IMG/VR virus record: IMGVR_UViG_3300024346_000005
Origin: a virus
Taxonomy: Duplodnaviria; Caudoviricetes
DNA length: 64,000 bases
Strand: one strand, 5' to 3'
In this document: positions 29,874-37,300 of the stretch, in pieces
Layout: each line of letters opens with the position of its first letter
Position numbering within the stretch: the stretch's first letter is position 1
Position numbers and translations under genes: made by a program
Notes under the pieces: generated by a model
Database searches by the model: none
Seen by the model: only the letters and a program-made list of their open reading frames with translations
Told to the model about the DNA's origin: nothing

Positions 29874-29902
29874 TTGACAGAACCTAAATAATCTCATATA
29901 AT
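29874..29902 (+). promoter_or_regulatory. consensus sigma70 promoter with an embedded late-promoter variant
   Basis: TTGACA, 17-nt spacer containing CTAAATA, TATAAT. Confidence 0.75.
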
Positions 29903-30011
29903 GCAAAGGAACCCACTCAAAAGGTGGGTTTTGTCATAATGAGTCTGTGATGTGACACTTAGAGCCGTGGAAGATGCCCTTCGAGAGAGGTGGTATACCC
30001 CTCTTCTATAC

Positions 30012-30686
30012 GGATGCCGAATTCTATTAAAATTAATGCAACAATTTTTTACTGTAGCCTTTCCCCTTTTGGCAATGGTTACAACCAGCACGGCAACACT
30101 GCCCCAAGTGTTTCCTCCTCCACCCGTGAGTGGTCCGCCACCATTCTCTATTATTCAAGAGGATCCTACACGAAAGACAGCGACCAGAGAGGTTGCTCCA
30201 GTTAAACCAAAAGAAAAAAGACTAATTTGTAAAGGATGTAATACTAATGAAACGAAGACTGTAGAATTTCTACAGAATCGTGGAATTACTGACAAAAATG
30301 CCATAGCAACCATTATGGGCAATATCCGACAAGAATCTACCTTCACTCCTAATGTATGTGAGGGTGGTGCTATAGTGTCTTATGGTGCTTGTACAAGTGG
30401 TGGTTATGGTCTTATTCAATTTACCGATGCTCCAAGATATAATGGTCTTGGTAAGTTTGCTGCTCGTATTGGTGGAGACCCTTCCACACTTGATACTCAA
30501 CTTCGTTATATTATTACTGAACCACAATGGAGAGGTATTGAAGATAGATTGAAAGTCCCAGGAAAACCTATTGAATATTATATGCGTTTAGCATATACTT
30601 GGTTGGGGTGGGGACATAAAGGAGCAAGAACTGATTTTGCTTATAACTACTCAAATAAGTTAGTTCTAACTGTGATTGACTCCTAA
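30012..30686 (+). CDS. secreted/membrane-anchored lysozyme-like protein (phage tail lysozyme 2-like); start uncertain (30012 or 30048)
   Basis: Signal-like N-terminus; AIATIMGNIRQESTF...GYGLIQFT...QLRY. Confidence 0.7.
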   Translation, partial: GCRILLKLMQQFFTVAFPLLAMVTTSTATLPQVFPPPPVSGPPPFSIIQEDPTRKTATREVAPVKPKEKRLICKGCNTNETKTVEFLQNRGITDKNAIATIMGNIRQESTFTPNVCEGGAIVSYGACTSGGYGLIQFTDAPRYNGLGKFAARIGGDPSTLDTQLRYIITEPQWRGIEDRLKVPGKPIEYYMRLAYTWLGWGHKGARTDFAYNYSNKLVLTVIDS

Positions 30687-30726
30687 ATACATATACCTGA
30701 CTTGCTGACACTTTTCAGGTGAGATT

Positions 30727-30750
30727 GGAGTGCTTCGGCACTCCTTTCTT
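30727..30750 (+). terminator. UUCG-loop terminator
   Basis: GGAGTGC-TTCG-GCACTCC-TTTCTT. Confidence 0.85.
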
Positions 30751-30835
30751 GTATAAATAATAATGTCAGCAAGAATGTACCGGCGTTGAATGGAAACGAG
30801 GTATGATTTATAAATAACTAAAAAGTATTCATAAA

Positions 30836-31765
30836 ATGGACGCACAAGAACTTCGCAATCTTCAAGAAGCATATATGGAAGTTTATGAACTTGATGAAGA
30901 TTGGAAACCTGTAAATGTGCCAAGAGTAAAAACTCGTATGGGAAATCTTGAAGGGAGATTGTCTTCAGTTTCTAATGATAGATTTTCCAGCAATACCCCA
31001 GAATATGCCAGATATCAAAGAACCGCAAATGTTGTCTCACAATCAACTGAAAATCCAAATAAACCTTTCCAAAAACCAACATTTGATCCAGGTGGACTGA
31101 AAATAAAACCAGGAGGCCGAGGTGTCACATTTTCTCCAGAAAGAAATTCACAATGGAAACCATTTTCATCTAGATTACCTACCAAAACTCCTGCTACAGT
31201 AACAAAACCATCTACACCATCATCCACAAAACCAAACCCTCGTAGTATTTCTGGTTCTAGTGCTCCTAGACCGGGAAGAGGATCTACATCAAATTGGATG
31301 ACAGATAGAATGGGTGAATTTACATCTGCGTTAAATAGATTATCAGATCCAAGAAAACCAAATTCAACCACAAAACCACAAGTAAAACCAACCAAAAGTT
31401 CAAGAGGTGGTGGTTCATCAGCACAAGGCGTTGGTTCTCCATCAGGAACTGGTAGATATCAAGTTGGTGGGGCGCAAGGACATGGTATTTCTGGAATAAA
31501 AATGGCCGATAGTTATGACCTCTACGACATCATTCTCTCACACCTTCTTGATGAGGGTTATGCCGAAACACCAGAAGCAGCAGAATCTATTATGGTGAAT
31601 ATGAGTGAAGAGTGGAGAGAGAGTATTTGTGAGGCAGAGATTGAACCCCCAAAAGAAAGAGTTGGTGCTTTGACGAATATTGATATTCCAATGTCCGAAA
31701 GAGAAGCAGCAAGACAAAGAACACTTGCAAAAGCAAAAGCAAAAAGAGAAAAAAACAAAAATTGA
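30836..31765 (+). CDS. modular low-complexity protein (module B family)
   Basis: MDAQELRNLQEAYMEVYE N-terminus; YDIILSHLLDEGYAETPEAAESIMVNMSEEWRESI; TATAAATA at 30809. Confidence 0.8.
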   Translation: MDAQELRNLQEAYMEVYELDEDWKPVNVPRVKTRMGNLEGRLSSVSNDRFSSNTPEYARYQRTANVVSQSTENPNKPFQKPTFDPGGLKIKPGGRGVTFSPERNSQWKPFSSRLPTKTPATVTKPSTPSSTKPNPRSISGSSAPRPGRGSTSNWMTDRMGEFTSALNRLSDPRKPNSTTKPQVKPTKSSRGGGSSAQGVGSPSGTGRYQVGGAQGHGISGIKMADSYDLYDIILSHLLDEGYAETPEAAESIMVNMSEEWRESICEAEIEPPKERVGALTNIDIPMSEREAARQRTLAKAKAKREKNKN

Positions 31766-31802
31766 ATAAATATAGGAGGGCACTCATAACCCTCCTTTTT
31801 TT

Positions 31803-32204
31803 ATGTTCAATTTCAATTTCGGCAAGAAGAAACCTGATATTAAGCAATATGCAATTATAGGAGTCGTATTATCTTCTGTGATTGTAATACTCTCACAGTG
31901 CTCTAGTATTCCTAGCAATCAACTTTGGGATTTACTGGATGAGATACAAAGAAAATATTTTCCACAAACTATACTAAATGAGTTTATTATCAAAGATGAT
32001 GAAAAACTCAAAAGAAGAATTGTGAGGGATGTTGATAGTGCAATTGATGAGTATTGGAGAAAAACTGGAGAAAAACCCGTAGAGATTCCTGCTCCAATAT
32101 TTTCAGAGAAACCTGTAGATGAATCTGTGTGTTATACTGAAGAATGTAAATCACTCGGTGGAGAAATGCGTTTATGTGCTCCTTGGGTGTCTGGATGTAA
32201 CTAA
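31803..32204 (+). CDS. hypothetical protein with an N-terminal TM/lipoprotein-like signal
   Basis: YAIIGVVLSSVIVILSQC. Confidence 0.7.
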   Translation: MFNFNFGKKKPDIKQYAIIGVVLSSVIVILSQCSSIPSNQLWDLLDEIQRKYFPQTILNEFIIKDDEKLKRRIVRDVDSAIDEYWRKTGEKPVEIPAPIFSEKPVDESVCYTEECKSLGGEMRLCAPWVSGCN

Positions 32205-32246
32205 AAGTCGTATATATAAACATATCTTATTTTTATAGAGATTATT

Positions 32247-32435
32247 ATGTCTGTATCACAAGAACTACTGACTGCTATTGAAGCGTGGAAAGTAGAAGAC
32301 GAAAAGTTCACTGCTGGTAATAGTGCCGCTGGTACTCGTGCCCGTAAGGCACTTCAGGAAGTTGCCAAACTGGTCAAGACCCGTAGAGGCGAGATTACCG
32401 AAGAGAAGAACGCCCGTAAGGAAGCAAAGGGTTGA
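32247..32435 (+). CDS. histone H1-like Hc1-family small basic protein
   Basis: GNSAAGTRARKAL motif. Confidence 0.7.
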   Translation: MSVSQELLTAIEAWKVEDEKFTAGNSAAGTRARKALQEVAKLVKTRRGEITEEKNARKEAKG

Positions 32436-32549
32436 CTTTAGTGCCCTGATGCCTTATAGTAGTTTGACGGGTGGAGGAGGTCCAAACTTCTTATAAATCC
32501 CACACCTCCCAAGCCTCTCAACGATGCTCAAACAGGGAGGTCCCTTTAT

Positions 32550-32622
32550 GTCCCGTTAGCTCAGGAGACAGAGCAATTCTCTTCTAAAGAATCGGTCGTG
32601 GGTGCGAATCCTACACGGGACG
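32550..32622 (+). tRNA. tRNA-Arg(UCU)
   Basis: Cloverleaf GTCCCGT/ACGGGAC; anticodon loop CTTCTAA; T loop TGCGAAT. Confidence 0.9.
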
Positions 32623-32722
32623 CTTGCTACTTTGCACTGGAAAGATAAACCAGAATGCCGGTAGCAAACGAGGGTAAGTCCCTGTTATATCCTTATGAGA
32701 TATATCACACTTGCCCCATCAT

Positions 32723-32794
32723 TCCCCGATAGCTCAATTGGTAGAGCAAAGTGCTGTTAACACTGAGGTTGTTGGATCGTGCCCAACTCGGGGA
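32723..32794 (+). tRNA. tRNA-Asn(GUU), degenerate, possibly a pseudo-tRNA
   Basis: D arm and CTGTTAA loop intact; T loop ATCGTGC; acceptor 3' strand one G short; A-G mismatch in the anticodon stem. Confidence 0.65.
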
Positions 32795-32961
32795 GTTGGA
32801 AGGTCTGGAAATGTCTGGGTCTTCCAAAACAAAAACGCTAAACAAACTTCGGGAGGAAACTCCCAACCGATTTGGAAATTACCTGAAAAACAGGAAGAAT
32901 AAGGTTTGGTGTTTTTTGCAGAAAGTGTCTTCTGCGGGTGTCGGACACTCGATACCCATCC

Positions 32962-33033
32962 GCCCTTGTAGCTCAGTGGTAGAGCAACGGTTTTGTAAAC
33001 CGTTGGTCGTCCGTTCAAATCGGATCAGGGGCT
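32962..33033 (+). tRNA. tRNA-Thr(UGU)
   Basis: GCCCTTG/CAGGGGC; loop TTTGTAA; TTCAAAT. Confidence 0.92.
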
Positions 33034-33061
33034 TGACATAATATTCGTTATGTCTTATAAT
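33033..33061 (+). promoter_or_regulatory. consensus sigma70 promoter
   Basis: TTGACA, 17-nt spacer, TATAAT. Confidence 0.75.
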
Positions 33062-33120
33062 TCATGAGTCCGTGTGGAGGAGCATACTTCCCTAAATAGG
33101 AAGTGTATGTGCTAAGTAAA

Positions 33121-33585
33121 ATGAGAACTAAAACTGAATTATTAAATGCAGTTGAAGCATCTCAATCAATGGCTGAGGTCGTAAGGAGATTGGGTCTTAA
33201 TAAAAGTAGCACTACTTATGCTACTTTAAAAAAAGATTTTGCACATCACAATATACAACCTCAATTTAAAAAAAGAAGTAGGAACACTATTCCTTATACT
33301 TTTGAGGAAATGTTTTGTGAAAATTCTACTTGCGATAGATCAACTCTTAGGAATAGAATTATTAAAGAAGAAATTTTCAAATATAAATGTTCCGAATGTG
33401 GTATAATTGATTGGAATGGACAAAAACTTTCTCTTCAATTAGACCATATAAACGGAGTTTCTAATGATAATAGGATGGAAAATCTAAGATTTCTTTGTCC
33501 CAATTGTCATTCTCAAACAAAAACTTGGGGGAATAAAAATAATTTCCCCGCCGAGAGTGATGCCAAAAGTAAGGCACCCCGATAA
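33121..33585 (+). CDS. free-standing HNH endonuclease (GTG start at 33103 also possible)
   Basis: CSECG...LQLDHING...N...NLRFLCPNCHSQT. Confidence 0.9.
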   Translation: MRTKTELLNAVEASQSMAEVVRRLGLNKSSTTYATLKKDFAHHNIQPQFKKRSRNTIPYTFEEMFCENSTCDRSTLRNRIIKEEIFKYKCSECGIIDWNGQKLSLQLDHINGVSNDNRMENLRFLCPNCHSQTKTWGNKNNFPAESDAKSKAPR

Positions 33586-33622
33586 GGGATACGGTAGAAG
33601 GATGCGAAACCTTCCACTCTCA
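33553..33622 (+). ncRNA. tRNA-like structure with a truncated anticodon arm
   Basis: 7-bp stem GAGAGTG/CACTCTC, D-like GCC/GGC arm, CCC-CGATAA-GGG, T-like GAAGG-ATGCGAAA-CCTTC. Confidence 0.5.
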
Positions 33623-33627
33623 ACATT

Positions 33628-33698
33628 GCGGATATGGTGTAGTGGCAACACAAGAGTTTTCCAAACTTTTATCCTCGGTTCAAATCCGTGTATCCGCT
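33628..33698 (+). tRNA. tRNA-Gly(UCC)
   Basis: GCGGATA/TATCCGC; loop TTTCCAA; one T-stem mismatch. Confidence 0.88.
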
Positions 33699-33757
33699 TC
33701 CCCTAAAATATCAGGGGAGCTAAATAAACTTCGTAGTTGTAAATCTTAACGAACTAT

Positions 33758-35239
33758 ATGAAATTTTTCAAACAAATGATGCTTGTGCCTGTTGCACTGA
33801 GTCTTGTTGCTCCTGCTGTGAATGCCGCAGAACTCAATACTGAGGATGTCAACAAGTATGCTTCGGCACAACAAGTCACTAGCATTACACAATTTACTGA
33901 TGTCCAACCTACTGATTGGGCATATCAGGCACTTAGCAATCTTGTAGAGCGTTATGGTTGCGTAGCAGGTTATCCTAACGGCACATACAAAGGTGGTCAG
34001 GCAATGACCCGTTTTGAGGCAGCAGCACTGCTGAATGCCTGCCTTGATCGTGTAACTGAAACCACAGATGAACTCAAAAAACTTCTTGCTGAATTTGATA
34101 CAGAACTAACTGTACTCACTTCTCGTGTAGATGGTCTTGAGAACAAAGTTGGACAACTGCAGGCAACTCAGTTTTCAACCACTACCAAACTCAAAGGTGA
34201 AGTAAACTTTATTCTTGGCGGTGTTCCTGGTCTTGAAACTAACAAACGTGTTGATGTAGGTAATACTGCATTCAACTATGATGTTCGTCTGAACTTTGAT
34301 ACCTCTTTCACTGGTAAGGACTTGCTCCGTACTCGTCTGCGTTCTGGTAACTTCAGTAGCGATCCTTTTGGTTCCAGTTCTTCACTCTTCAAACTTGATA
34401 AGGCAGAATCTTATGCCGACCAAGTTGTGATTGACCGTCTGTACTATCAGTTCCCAGTTGGTAAGAGTGTAACTCTAACTGCTGGTCCTCTGGTTCGTAA
34501 CACTGAGATGGCATGGGTTCCTTCTGCTTATAAGTCGGAAATCCTTGACTTCTTTCAACTTGGTGGTGCCTCTGGTGTCTATAACAAGGCAACTGGTGCT
34601 GGTTTTGGTGCTCAATGGAAGCAACAAGTTCCAAAAGGTCAGGGAGGTTTCCTTGCTGGTCTGAACTATGTCTCTCAAGATGGTGATAACACTGAAACTG
34701 GTGTCTTCAATTCAGATAGTGGATTGAACTTTATGACACAAGTTGGTTATCGTGCTCCTCAGTGGGGTGCTGCCGTTGCTTACCGTTATGGTACTGAAGG
34801 CAGTCGTGTCCGTACCTTCAACGCCCTTGGAGGCGGGTCTGGTGCCCTTGCCGCAGGTCAGGAAAGCAATAGCGTTGCTGTGAATGCTTACTGGCAACCT
34901 TCTCAGAGTGGATTCGTTCCTTCTATCTCAGTTGGTTATGGATATAATGATGTAGATGGTAAAGGTTCTAAAACTGGTGCCACCGATTCTGATTCCTGGT
35001 TCGTTGGACTTCAGTGGTCTGATGTGTTTGCCAAAGGTAATACTGCTGGTGTTGCTATTGGTCAACCCGGTAATTCTGACTTCGTTGGTGAAGATGCCGC
35101 GATGCTTGAAGTCTTCTATAAGTATCAAGTTTCGGACAACATCAGCATCACTCCTGCTATCTTCTATGTGAGCAATAATGCCCGTTATCAAGGAGAATCT
35201 TCTTGGGGTGGTGTGGTTCAGACCAAGTTCACATTCTGA
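33758..35239 (+). CDS. cyanobacterial outer-membrane porin (SLH domain plus OprB/SomA-type barrel)
   Basis: Signal peptide; DVQPTDWAYQALSNLVERYGCVAGYP; QFSTTTKLKGE; C-terminal TKFTF. Confidence 0.93.
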   Translation: MKFFKQMMLVPVALSLVAPAVNAAELNTEDVNKYASAQQVTSITQFTDVQPTDWAYQALSNLVERYGCVAGYPNGTYKGGQAMTRFEAAALLNACLDRVTETTDELKKLLAEFDTELTVLTSRVDGLENKVGQLQATQFSTTTKLKGEVNFILGGVPGLETNKRVDVGNTAFNYDVRLNFDTSFTGKDLLRTRLRSGNFSSDPFGSSSSLFKLDKAESYADQVVIDRLYYQFPVGKSVTLTAGPLVRNTEMAWVPSAYKSEILDFFQLGGASGVYNKATGAGFGAQWKQQVPKGQGGFLAGLNYVSQDGDNTETGVFNSDSGLNFMTQVGYRAPQWGAAVAYRYGTEGSRVRTFNALGGGSGALAAGQESNSVAVNAYWQPSQSGFVPSISVGYGYNDVDGKGSKTGATDSDSWFVGLQWSDVFAKGNTAGVAIGQPGNSDFVGEDAAMLEVFYKYQVSDNISITPAIFYVSNNARYQGESSWGGVVQTKFTF

Positions 35240-35262
35240 TAAATCACTTATAACTTGAGTGT

Positions 35263-35289
35263 AAGCACCCATTCTTTGGGTGCTTTTTT
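35263..35289 (+). terminator. terminator after the porin
   Basis: AAGCACCC...GGGTGCTT plus T run. Confidence 0.8.
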
Positions 35290-35302
35290 ATGTTATGAAC
35301 TT

Positions 35303-35342
35303 CTTAACCAAATCTTAGTTGATTTTATCTTCCCTTTACCTT
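35303..35342 (+). promoter_or_regulatory. candidate Pho box upstream of pstS
   Basis: CTTAACCA at 35303 with degenerate YTTA half-sites at 35314, 35324 and 35335. Confidence 0.5.
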
Positions 35343-35370
35343 AGAATTACTCTGTAGTTATTCACTTTTT

Positions 35371-36336
35371 ATGAAACTCAAAAATATTATTGTTGCCGGT
35401 CTTGCTTTTGCTCCTACTGTCGCACTTGCCGGAGTTGACCGTCTTGCTGTTGCTGGTGCTACTTTCCCAGCAACTATTTACCAACGATGGTTTTCCACTC
35501 TTGCCAAATCTGGTGGTCCTAAAGTAAACTATCAGGCAGTTGGTTCTGGTGCTGGTCGTAAGGCATTTATTGACCAAACAGTAACCTTCGCAGCAACTGA
35601 TGACCCCATCTCTGATAAGGACAGAGCAAAGGTTTCTCGTGGTGTAGTTCAAATTCCGATTGTTGGTGGAACTATTGCTCTTGCCTATAACAATCCTTCT
35701 TGTAAACTGAAACTGACTCAGAAACAAGTAGTATCAGTCTTTATGGGTTCTATTGATAACTGGAAGGAACTTGGATGTCCTGGTGGTAAGATTTATGTTT
35801 CACACCGTTCCGATGGTTCTGGAACCACTGCTGCCTTTACAGAGTCACTTCAGTCCTTCTCCAAGGAATGGACTCTTGGTGTCGGTAAATCTGTAAATTG
35901 GAAAGTTGGTGTTGGTGGTAAAGGTAATGAAGGTGTTGCTGGTGTTCTCCAAACTACTCCCGGTTCAATTGGTTATCTCAACCAATCCTTTGTGAAAGGT
36001 AATCTGAAAGCAGCAGCAGTTCAGAATAAGTCTGGTGAGTTTGTTCTCCCCAGTTATGTTTCTGGTTCCAAGGCACTGAATGGTATTCAGTTAGATAAAA
36101 ATCTTGCTGGACAAAATCCCAATCCTTCTGCCAGCGGTGCTTATCCTATTGCCACTTTGACTTATGTTCTTGCCTATAAGACTGGTAATGGTCCTAAAGC
36201 AGCATCTATCAGAGAAGCAATTAATTATATGTTGAGTGATAAGGCACAGGCACTTGCTGATGACCTTGGATATGTTCCTCTCAAGGACGCAATCCAATCA
36301 CGAGCACAATCTGCCGTGAAACTTATTGGTGAATGA
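35371..36336 (+). CDS. pstS: phosphate ABC transporter substrate-binding protein
   Basis: AGATFP...YQAVGSGAG...HRSDGSGTT...AYPI. Confidence 0.95.
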   Translation: MKLKNIIVAGLAFAPTVALAGVDRLAVAGATFPATIYQRWFSTLAKSGGPKVNYQAVGSGAGRKAFIDQTVTFAATDDPISDKDRAKVSRGVVQIPIVGGTIALAYNNPSCKLKLTQKQVVSVFMGSIDNWKELGCPGGKIYVSHRSDGSGTTAAFTESLQSFSKEWTLGVGKSVNWKVGVGGKGNEGVAGVLQTTPGSIGYLNQSFVKGNLKAAAVQNKSGEFVLPSYVSGSKALNGIQLDKNLAGQNPNPSASGAYPIATLTYVLAYKTGNGPKAASIREAINYMLSDKAQALADDLGYVPLKDAIQSRAQSAVKLIGE

Positions 36337-36340
36337 TATT

Positions 36341-36377
36341 GAAGGGAGTTGACAACGACTCCCTTCTTTAGTATAAT
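36341..36377 (+). promoter_or_regulatory. terminator with an embedded consensus sigma70 promoter
   Basis: GAAGGGAGT...ACTCCCTTC; TTGACA at 36349, 17-nt spacer, TATAAT. Confidence 0.7.
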
Positions 36378-36398
36378 CAAAATAGCATTCGGAGGATT

Positions 36399-36593
36399 AT
36401 GTCTCTTATTTCCCAGCGTGATAGAAAACTTGCTATCGAAGCATTAGAACACTATAAAACTACAATTCCATTAATCATTAACTTTGGAGAACTTCCTTCT
36501 GATATCGCCATTAAACAAGATGAACAAAAGATGATGGAAGTAAATGCTCTTATAAATTGGATTAAGTTAGAACACTATAAGAATGAAAATTAA
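36399..36593 (+). CDS. hypothetical protein
   Basis: 64 aa, GGAGG ribosome-binding site. Confidence 0.65.
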   Translation: MSLISQRDRKLAIEALEHYKTTIPLIINFGELPSDIAIKQDEQKMMEVNALINWIKLEHYKNEN

Positions 36594-36747
36594 TCTGTGG
36601 TTCTGCTCCGAAATGAATCAGTGGAGGTGGACTCTCTGTGATAGTTCTCGTCCAATTCGTAAACAAGAATCTGGTCAAAGAGAAAATCTCCGTGATGCTA
36701 TGAATGATATAGCAACTACGGTAGAATATATGATGAATCAGTCTTGA
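36583..36747 (+). CDS. hypothetical protein (54 aa, not in ORF track)
   Basis: MKINLWFCSEMNQWRWTL... Confidence 0.6.
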   Translation: MKINLWFCSEMNQWRWTLCDSSRPIRKQESGQRENLRDAMNDIATTVEYMMNQS

Positions 36748-36753
36748 CTTTAC

Positions 36754-36825
36754 GGGCGATTAGCGTAGAGGTAGCGCGGATCCTTTACACGGATTAGGTC
36801 ACTGGTTCGATCCCAGTATCGCCCA
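36754..36825 (+). tRNA. tRNA-Val(UAC)
   Basis: GGGCGAT/ATCGCCC; loop TTTACAC; TTCGATC. Confidence 0.9.
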
Positions 36826-36853
36826 TTATAAATACCTAAAAAGTATTGGTGTA

Positions 36854-37288
36854 ATGGAAAAACTTTATAAATTATTAAGTGATACTCAGGCATCACTTTT
36901 TTTGCTATTCCAAAAAACTTGGGTATATCACTGGCATATTGTAGGACCTGACTTTAAACAGATTCACGATTTGTTTGGGGACCAATACGCAGAAATTCAA
37001 GAAGAAGTTGATCGTATCTCAGAACATATGAGATTTTTGACTATTAAACCTATCAGCTCTTTATCTAGAGTTCTGGAAGTATCTGGTGTTGAGGAAGCAA
37101 AAACTAATATTTCTGAAATGGAAATGATTAAAGATTTACTTGAGGGACACAAAAAGATTATAGATATGTTAGGTGAAGTTGCTGAAGAAGCAGAAGCACA
37201 AAAGTCAAGAGGAACTGTCAATCTTGTTGATGATTTAAACGAAGCACACGGCAAGTTCGTTTGGATGCTTCGTTCATTTACTGAATAA
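36854..37288 (+). CDS. dps: Dps/ferritin-like protein
   Basis: HWHIVGPDFKQIHDLF...EEVDRISE...KFVWML; TATAAATA at 36827. Confidence 0.9.
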   Translation: MEKLYKLLSDTQASLFLLFQKTWVYHWHIVGPDFKQIHDLFGDQYAEIQEEVDRISEHMRFLTIKPISSLSRVLEVSGVEEAKTNISEMEMIKDLLEGHKKIIDMLGEVAEEAEAQKSRGTVNLVDDLNEAHGKFVWMLRSFTE

Positions 37289-37300
37289 TTAATTATAAAG

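Noticed and set aside
32711-33041. Short ORFs across the tRNA cluster
   Set aside because: They overlap tRNA genes and structured spacers
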